Below, piece by piece: positions 55,080 to 64,000 of a DNA stretch of 64,000 bases (position 1 is the stretch's first letter; each line of letters begins with the position of its first letter). The position numbers and the translations under genes are program-made. Origin of the DNA: Octopus sinensis (lineage: Eukaryota); assembly GCF_006345805.1 (NCBI RefSeq), contig NC_043009.1, positions 71,238,001 to 71,302,000 on the forward strand, in the 5' to 3' direction. Under the pieces are notes generated by a model. The model was not told where the DNA came from. It was given only the letters and a program-made list of their open reading frames with translations, and searched no databases.

Positions 55080-55268
55080 AATTTTGCTACAAGGCCAACA
55101 ATTTTGGTAGATATGATAAGTACATTGACCCCAGTACGTAACTGGTACTTATTTTATCGACCCCAAGGGAATGAAAGGCAATGACAACTTCGGCCGAATT
55201 TGAACTCAAAACGTGAAGTCAAACGTTTTTCTCGGCATGTTAACGATTCTGCCAGTTCACTGCCTTAT
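55080..55268 (-). mobile_element. SINE family A copy (alternative tail)
   Basis: cattgaccccagtacgtaactggtacttattttatcgaccc...gattctgccagttcactgcc. Confidence 0.75.
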
Positions 55269-55537
55269 AGTAAATATACATCAAGTTGCATATACACAAA
55301 TATCTATACACTTAAACTTTCGTATATAAGTAACTCAATGTATACAAAATCTTGCATATATATATATATATATGAGCATAGGCACACATAGATATACCGA
55401 CACAAATTCGGAAATGCTTAAGCATGCACAGAAATAAATGAATATTCAAACATGCATATATACTAATCGTTATGGACATATACAAATGCGTCCACACACA
55501 CACACACATACACATGTACATATGTCACTAAAACCCG

Positions 55538-55860
55538 TCTATATATGAAACTAAGAATGCGTATCTGTCTGTGTGTCTGTATGTGAACATCAGTAAAACT
55601 CGAAAACTATTCAACCGATTTCATTCAAATTTCTTCACATGCCTTACTTAGGGTCTATGGAGTGCCATGGGCCCAAAATATGTTCTACTTCTTGCCTAAT
55701 ACGAGCCCGGAGCAATTTCTTATCTCTTACACCGTTTCGGTATTACCTGTCAAAAGCGTAACAATAACATATTTATTGTAATGTGATATAATAGATTCAC
55801 TATTATAGGGTTTCAATTTCAATTACTTTCACTATGTATTTATATACATACCGAGATTAA
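55538..55860 (+). mobile_element. Possible Helitron-like non-autonomous element, 5' part
   Basis: TCTATATATGAAACTAAGAATG followed by (TGTC)n and tcaaccgattttcattcaaattt; no clear CTAG end found. Confidence 0.3.
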
Positions 55861-56008
55861 ACAGCCGAAATTACTAAGATGATCCGGTTCCCGGTTGAAG
55901 ATTAGAGGCTTCGAGTGACCCGTCTGTTTTTTTTTTTTTGTGTCGTCTATTTGTGTGTTTTTGCGTTCTTGTCCCACTTTGTAATTTATATTTTATATTT
56001 AATTTCTT

Positions 56009-56076
<68 letters not shown>

Positions 56077-56137
56077 AACATGTAAATAATATATATATAT
56101 ATATGTATGTATATTTATGTATATATTTGTAAGTATG

Positions 56138-56185
<48 letters not shown>

Positions 56186-56222
56186 AATATGTAAATAATA
56201 TATATATATGTATGTATATTTA

Positions 56223-56601
56223 TAATTTCAACAATTGAGGGTAAAATTAATTAATTAATTAATCATTTCACCAAGTATTCAGTATGCAAAGGGACCATTT
56301 AAGGCAAATTCAAATTATTACATTATATAAAAGGGCTTAGTAAAATAAATTACTTTGCGCATACTGAACTCGTTAGAAATAGCAGCTAAAAAACTATTTC
56401 TAACACTTAAAGAAAACCTCTCTCATATAGTGCTTGCTCAATTCAACCCAAGAAAGTATGAGGGTAGAGACATTAAAAAATCAAATGCAAAGGTTATTTG
56501 AGTACGTACGTTTCAAGATTAGCCAAATTCGACCCTTCTCTCATCAGCTCAGAATGCCCTTATGCGGCAAAGTAATTTATTTTACTAAGCCCTTTTATAT
56601 A
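56223..56601 (-). mobile_element. 379-bp TSD-bounded insert with internal inverted repeat and hammerhead motif (Penelope-related non-autonomous element?)
   Basis: TSD ATGTATGTATATTTA at 56208-56222 and 56602-56616; ~45-bp inverted arms at 56319-56363 and 56561-56606. Confidence 0.65.
56499..56551 (-). ncRNA. Minimal type I hammerhead ribozyme motif
   Basis: UGAG-CUGAUGA-[G AGA AG GGUCG AAUU UGGCU AA UCU U]-GAAA-C-GUAC-GU-A-CUCA. Core intact, 4-bp stem I, palindromic stem III; stem II closes with G.U instead of G-C. Confidence 0.65.
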
Positions 56602-56768
56602 ATGTATGTATATTTATGTATATATTTGTAAGTATGTATATGTATATATATACATATATGTGTGTGTGTGTATGTATATATAATGTGTGTATATGTATAT
56701 ATATACTATTCTACTTTCTATGTTCTACATTATATATTTCAATAATTTCTGGTATTTTTATATATGCG

Positions 56769-56814
<46 letters not shown>

Positions 56815-56842
56815 TATATATGCATATATATATATACATTTT

Positions 56843-56917
<75 letters not shown>

Positions 56918-56925
56918 TATACATG

Positions 56926-56956
<31 letters not shown>

Positions 56957-57124
56957 TCCCTTCTTTGGACTTTTTCTTTTTTCTATATTTCTGACAATGA
57001 GCTCCGCTCGAAACGTGAAATCTTCCTTCTTTCTTTCCTTTCCTGAGCGTCTAATAACACTGTACATATTCCATGTCCTCGCGTTGTTGTGTTTTCTCTT
57101 CATGTTTGGATTAACTATATATCA

Positions 57125-57161
<37 letters not shown>

Positions 57162-57476
57162 CGTGACCGACCAGGCTATCAGATGTTACTACACATCGCT
57201 GGTCACAATACGCTTCGCATTGTTTTAGCCTTAGATGACGCCACCCCGCTGGCTAACATATATATATATATATAAATGGAACAAAAACGCAATAGAGGAC
57301 AAAAAAACATTCGGGCGGACAGACGATACAAAGGCGGACAAGAGAAACAACAATTAGAAGGACAGGCAAAAAAAAACGGGTTATTCTTGGCTTTCTTTCC
57401 TCAGTCAAGTACCAGAAGTCACCACCGTTTTGATACATACATACCTACATACGCATTTACACACATATACATTATG

Positions 57477-57564
<88 letters not shown>

Positions 57565-57573
57565 CAGATAGAC

Positions 57574-57652
<79 letters not shown>
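57477..57652. repeat. (GATA)n tetranucleotide microsatellite
   Basis: Directly visible; a second tract lies at about 31939-32042. Confidence 0.95.
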
Positions 57653-57779
57653 CTGCTCGGCTCAATTGGACAATTTGCGAAAAAGAAAAGGAAATAAGAA
57701 TATCCTAATATCTCATCCGAAAATAGAAGTATTTCAAGAAATGAAATGTTATCAACCTAATTATGACTGGGAGATAACA

Positions 57780-58380
57780 GTTTATTCCAAGCAGCTGCCC
57801 TCAGCTTCGCATACAACCTGAAGACGGCCCCGGAACCTGACACGTGTGTTCTTCATTGTATCTCTGGGAATATCTTCGAACACGTCCTTGATCTTGGGCA
57901 CCGGTTTGGCATTGATATTGCAGAGCCGCTGGTGGCTTCCTAAACTGCACCCCACACATAGTAATCCATAGGATTACAGCGGGGAGATTCGGAGGTCAGA
58001 AATTGGACCTCGTGAAGTTGTAGAAATTGTCCAGTAACCAGTCGTGACTCTTTCCCTGGGTATAGCAAGGAGCTAAATCCTGCTGTCAAAAATATGGCCT
58101 TCCATCAGCAATCCTCTCCAACCAGAGAATGACAACAGTCTCCAGCAACTTCATATAATCGTCTGAAGTGTAACTAAGGCCCTGTTTAAGGATCTGGGGA
58201 AGAATTCTTGGGTAGGGAACCCCTGCTGTGTCCCTTCCTGCTGGCCACAGCTTCGAGATTTCCGTTGCAGCCGTCCATGTCACGTCTTACAGTTTTTATA
58301 ATGTTCACAGAGCATTGAACAGCCGTCAGCATTTTGAGACCTTGCGCGGTCTTCATGACACAGGTAACTCCTTTCCAATA
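57780..58380 (-). pseudogene. Tc1/mariner (maT/Bmmar1-like) transposase relic
   Basis: KQGL..SDDYMKLLETVV..WLERIADGRPYF*QQDLAPC, then *PPNL; stops and frameshifts present. Confidence 0.75.
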
Positions 58381-58419
58381 TTCAGATGGCTTCCAGTTCC
58401 ATACTAACTGATGTGTGTA

Positions 58420-58477
<58 letters not shown>

Positions 58478-58907
58478 TGTCTGTCTGTCTGCCTGTCTGT
58501 CTGTGTGTGTAAGCAAAGTAGCTAGATGTAAAATCTCAAGAAGATATGAGAGTACTAACTATACTATCAAGTAAAGTTAATTGCCACATCAAAGTGGCTG
58601 TTCCATGTTGCTACTAGTTTAACCCCAGGCAGATCTTCCACCAGCTGGTTATTTTACTGAGCACGCTTCGGAAAATTTACCAAATGATTAGACGAATTAA
58701 AATGTATTTTATGGAATAAAAACTTAAGTATTATCTACACACCATATTACTATGGCTGTTTAAATTTACTAAAATTACATCTAACTCGATTCAGATCTCT
58801 GGCAGTCTTTTTAGCCTGGAAGAGGAAGAGACTTTTGAACAGCCCTAATCGTGTCCAATTAGTTACGTTTCATTTCATAGGCATATATATATATATATAT
58901 ATATATA

Positions 58908-60134
58908 TCCTATTATAAATTTCAGTGATGTTTCTCTATCCGTTACGTTTTTATGTTCGTTAACTCTTCCCAGACCATTGGTGCAAGGACAACGAAACTC
59001 AAACCAGCAACTCCCCTTATCCCAGGGAATGTCCTAAGCGGTCTGGTTTTTTTAAAGGCCGCCTAATTGGGGCCCCACTGCCCCCCCCCCCTATTTTTAC
59101 TGTATTTTAAACTAAATACATGGCATTGTCGACTTAATCGGAGCAATGACCTTGTAAGGAGGTTCAATTTCTGAAGGGCCACTTAAATGGGGCCCCACTG
59201 ACCCCCCACCCACCCACACACACACTATTTTTATTGCATTTACTTCACTCGTACTCTTATTGGTTAAACTAAGATCAGCATCAGTGCTTAGCACCTTTGC
59301 AGAAATAAGTTTGGTCATTCTAAATACCTTCACGTACAAATCGAGAAAAAGAGTTATAACAGGTAAGTTTCAGGTGCGGTGGTGTGGATATTTATATTTT
59401 GTAGTTTATAAAACTTATTTCTAGGTGGAAAACTAATCTCCCTGTTTCGGTTACATATTAGGGCTGAGATAGGAGGGATCCATTTGCCATGTTCCTTTCC
59501 ACAAATATTACAATTAATAAACACGAAATGATTTAAAAGATTGAAAAATGATACTCCCAAACTAAGATTTAATGGAGCAAAATGTTCCAAGAAGTAGTTT
59601 TGAGGACTGATAAGCGGCCCGTATTTTGGGGGCTTTCAGCCACAGAGTTCTAGAGTTTTTCACCTGAATACCCTACAGAACTCCCCAAATCCCTCCTCAT
59701 GAGCTAGCCTGAATGCCGCCTGAAGGGCAGCTTCAAGGCTAGAAACTTAGCTTATAGGAAACTGTAAGTCAAACTAGAAACTAAGTGTATGTCTATCGAC
59801 AAAACTGGCAGAAAGCGGTCCAAGGGTTGGTACACTGACACACTGTTACAGAGATGGAATTCACGTTACATGAGGAATAAACAGCAAGTTAATGGAAGAT
59901 GGCGTTTAGGTATGGATGCGAGTAAAGTACGGGTATTGAGTGTGTGGGTATGGGTGTGTGGATATATGTCGGGTGGGGAGTTTGGAATGGGGTATCGGGT
60001 AACTGATACCAGGAGATAGATATACGATGAATGCGCCCGAGTCCATTACATTAAACAAGGCGAGGCCGACGGCCTCAAAGGTGCCCTCCACAGGAACTAA
60101 CCCGAATACTGCCCGAAGGGGGCTTTAAGGCTAG
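58908..60134 (+). mobile_element. Non-autonomous Helitron-like element
   Basis: Starts TC after A (58907) and ends CTAG before T (60135); GC hairpins GAGGCCGACGGCCTC (60062-60076) and GCCC-GAAGG-GGGC (60111-60123) near the 3' end; no TSD. Confidence 0.55.
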
Positions 60135-60316
60135 TATATATATATATTAGAAAAAAACACCTTTTATCAATTCAAAATGAAAATGAAATATAATAGAAAA
60201 GTTAAAATTAAAATAACAATTAAAAAGTAAAGATTAAGTAAATTACAAAAATAATATAATGTATATAATAGGTAGAAAAACTAAGTTTGGATTTTATTCC
60301 CTCAAATAATAATAAT

Positions 60317-60348
<32 letters not shown>

Positions 60349-62791
60349 TGTTACATATTGTATCTTATAATTCTGTTTCTTAAATTCCCTTCTCCTTTTC
60401 TCACACAGACATAATCGTTTCTCTAAATATCTTAATTTATCTCAAATTCTTTATCAAGGTGCTTGCATGAAAATTTAAATAGCGTTTAGATAAATCGAGA
60501 CGAATTTCTGGAAAACAGTTTATATATGTGCATACGTGTGCGTGCATATGTATGCATGTACATGTGTGTGCATGTACATGTGTGTGCGTGTGTGTGTGTT
60601 TAGATGTTTGCATGCGTACATGTATGTGTGAAGGTGTGTGTGGATGGGTGTAGGTGTTATGTAAAGTCACTCTACTGGCAGCATGTAACCCAGAAGTTCT
60701 TATCGCATAGCCAGGCCATCGATGTCTAAACGAGCAGCTCTCTCAAGCCGGCTTGTTGAAGACGGTGGCTTTCGGTGGACATCCAGCAGAACGAAAATAA
60801 CAAAATCAATGAAAGGGCAGATGAAGTGAATCGAGTCAATGGCCTTTCAACCGCTGCGAGGGAAAGAGATTTAGATTTTGCTTATACATGTCTATAGGAG
60901 AAAGGATTTCGGGTGTAACACCTGCGACTTTGTTTGCATCCAATGATGTGAAACAGTTCTTGTTTTGGGGGAAAATTCATACGTTGTTTAGAGAGTGGGA
61001 TCGGCCCAGTACAAGGCCTGGGTGAATCCTCTCTTTACAAAGGCTTCAGGTAGAGGGGTCACTTGATTTTTAACATTTCTATTAACTTATGGCTGGTCAT
61101 AACCGACTAAGGTAAAAACAAAAAAGAATCAATGAAAAATTCTGTGAAGGAATGAAGGTATTTGTCCGTCTGACAGGTAACTCCTTGAACACCTGCTATA
61201 AGAGGCATCCATCATTGTCACATCTGTGAAAAAGGAGTGTTGGTCCCTAGCAGGACTGAATAGACTTGCTTCTTTAAGAGAACGGTCAAGCGATTGTTGA
61301 ACATGTCTGAATATATCTACACACACACACACATACATACACACACAAATGCGCACATACACACAGACATCTTCTACGAGTGATCTTGAATGCTCACAAG
61401 TGAATTCCACTTATCACGATATCCAATCATATTCTAGCTGGGCGGTGTCCTCACTATTTTTACCGTCTGATTTATAGCCACAACTTTATCACTCCAACGG
61501 TCATCAATAAACTTTAACCTTGGTTGTCATAACATCGATGTCACTGGAGGTAGATTGCTATAAAGTTCGACACTGGTTTTCTTTCCTCTATGATGGGTCA
61601 AGTAATGCTCAAAGTAATCACGTGCAGGACTCGTCCAACCGATTTTCTAACCCTAACCCTAGTGACCTTGTTGCGACACCTTGCTATCTGCTCTTTTCAA
61701 CAATCTAATACTTTCCACATTATTTTGGCCGTGCCAAGGAGGCAAACCTTTTGTAGCCATTCTAGTAGGCACTCTATTCCAATTTCCTTTATATTCCTCT
61801 TCATACCTTCTGATACTCACCCCAAAGTCCCAATAATAAATGGCACTTGTGTTTCATACAAGCCGTTCCATGTCCCACCCAGACACCCCAGTAGCAGCAA
61901 GTTGGACGTTTTATTATGGAAATTATTTATGATTAGCAACGATATATTGTAAGGGAAGGAAACCAGAATCTAAGAATTAAGATTCTGTTAAATTTGTAAT
62001 ATTTCAGTTTTCGAAGAGTTTTAAAAGAATCAGAAATCTTCAATTTGATAATTTTTTTCTTATGATAGGGGCAGTACCATGAGGCAATGTTTTACATTTC
62101 TAATAGCTTGGGTCTCCTAGTATTTGTCCATATTCTTTAAGAACGCCTTTTCATATTGTCCCCCAAAGCTTCGATGGTTACAGCACAGTTGTTGTTCTGA
62201 GATGCCTCCTTTTTGAAACCTCTCTTCTAACTCTTCTTCTTCTTCCTCTTCTTCTTCTCCTCCTTCTTCTTTTTCTTCTTCTCCTCCTCTTTCTTCTTCT
62301 TCTTCCTCCTCTTTCTTCTTCTTCTTCTTCTCTTCCTCCTCCTCCTTCTTCTTCTTCTTCTTCTCCTTCTCCTTCTTCTTCTTCTTCTTCTTCTCCTCAT
62401 CATCATTATTACTATTATTATCATCATCGTTATTACTTGTTTGTTTACTGAATGATATAGGACACAATGCGAGTATGTACGGATACAGAAGTTGAACTGT
62501 GCTTCTTCGTAAATATCCTCATAGCATCACGTTTCCCTAACTTATTATCATACATACCCACGCGCTGACACACATCCCCACACACACACACACATATGTA
62601 TCCGTGTGTTTCTGTTCTGTGTGTGTATTCCACACATTTATACAAACATATAAACCTACGCTAGATATTTACATTTCTAAGACAAGGTCATATTCAGCAC
62701 TTTTATGTTTTGTTTTTGCTACAAAATGAACGAAAACCTCACACTCACTTAAGCGCGCAAGCTCACTGATATACCTACACACACACACACT

Positions 62792-62861
<70 letters not shown>

Positions 62862-64000
62862 TGTGCGCACAACATATATACACACAGATGACTAAGTAAA
62901 AAGACGAAGCTTGTACAAAAAGGTCTCTTATTGTTTGATGCATGCATGAATGCATTATTTACGTATCTATGTCTTTGTCCACCTGGGAGTAAATATATAT
63001 TCACCTGTACACATACATGAACGCATGCTCTTAAAGTGCGTGAGTGAGTGTGCCCAGGTTTGTGTCTGTATATCTATGTGTATGTGCCTATGCGTGTGCA
63101 TCTGTGTCTGTCCTCCACCTCCACTTGGCAACCGGTGTTTTTATGTTTATGTCCCCTTAACTCGGCAATTCGGTTAAAAAAAAATAAAAATAGAATAAGT
63201 ACCAGGCTTTATAAAAGAAAAAGGTTGATTTATTTGACTAAAAATTTTTCGGCGCATTGCCCCAGCATGGCAACTCTAATGACTAAGACAAGTAAAAACA
63301 ACACTTAAATTTTAAAAAAAGGAAAATGTAGTTAAAATTTACGTTTATTTGGTATTTTATATTCTAAATAGAATAACCGTTTCCTCTTTACTCTCCTTAG
63401 TTCGTTCATCTTCCACTGCATTGTCGGAAAACTCTATAGAATTAGAGGTTTAGCTAGTGTGTTTATGCCTGTTAATATCTGCTTAGAATTGAGTTCTAGC
63501 ATTAGGCCAACACCAAGGGATTAGCAAATGCTTGAGGGATATTTGGCTTCCGTTACTGAAGATAATGTCTTGTTTCAATCAACCTCAATACTTCACAAGC
63601 ACTTTATCTTATCGACCCATTTCTGGCGTGCGTGCGTGCGTGCGTGCGTGCGTGCTGCGTGCGTGCGTGCGTGCGTGCGTGTGTGTGTGTGTGTGTGTGT
63701 TCGTGTGTGCACGTGTATGTGTGCAAACACATAACTATATGTTATACATATATGATATATTATATACACTTCATCAATTTTCGCAGAAATTAATACGTGA
63801 GACATTTAGCTATTACTCCTAGCAGGTCAAGCCACTTCTTTGCGGCTCCTTCGTTTTATATTGTGATTTATATATTCAACATGACTAGGAGCAGAGGAAC
63901 AAGAACACTAACAACATTAACTATGATGATTACTCCTAGTGACACGTGATCTCATGTTGAGTTGGACCTAGTACATTACTGGTATATATATTCCATCGAT

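Noticed and set aside
61645-61662. CTAACCCTAACCCTAG as an interstitial telomere
   Set aside because: Only about two TTAGGG units, expected by chance.
60700-61960. Possible degenerate RT on the minus strand
   Set aside because: Only a faint GVPQG-like echo; too decayed to call without a profile search.
32500-64000. A second host protein-coding gene
   Set aside because: No ORF or exon chain with recognisable non-transposon similarity was found; short or non-coding exons cannot be excluded by eye.

Overview
AT-rich, microsatellite-dense eukaryotic genomic DNA, most likely an octopus (inferred from the tRNA-derived SINE families, R4/RTE LINE relics and repeat density). One protein-coding gene is present: a minus-strand SLC26/SulP anion transporter (prestin/pendrin-like). 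I reconstructed 14 coding exons by hand, all with GT-AG sites and compatible phases: 32472-32145, 27977-27867, 24586-24369, 23721-23557, 22953-22798, 18267-18185, 17134-16987, 14153-14040, 13803-13726, 7874-7779, 6723-6617, 5935-5866, 4114-3968 and 3697-3539. They total 1980 nt = 660 codons; the end of the STAS domain lies beyond the left edge. The rest is intronic or upstream DNA with SINEs, LINE fragments (R4/Dong, RTE, CR1-like, probable Penelope), Tc1/mariner relics, MITEs, a Helitron-like element and simple repeats. Most notable observations: (1) one SINE occurs as a TSD-bounded monomer, a TSD-bounded near-dimer and a 17-unit 184-bp satellite with an incipient 3-unit higher-order repeat, and the two multimers share the same tail-to-body junction; (2) small inverted-repeat elements carry hammerhead-ribozyme motifs, one with an intact core inside a TSD-bounded 379-bp insert and one as a back-to-back pair; (3) a 267-bp fold-back palindrome with identical arms; (4) a Val at a normally Phe anion-site position of the SLC26 protein. 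Almost all ORFs in the supplied track are microsatellite or repeat artefacts.
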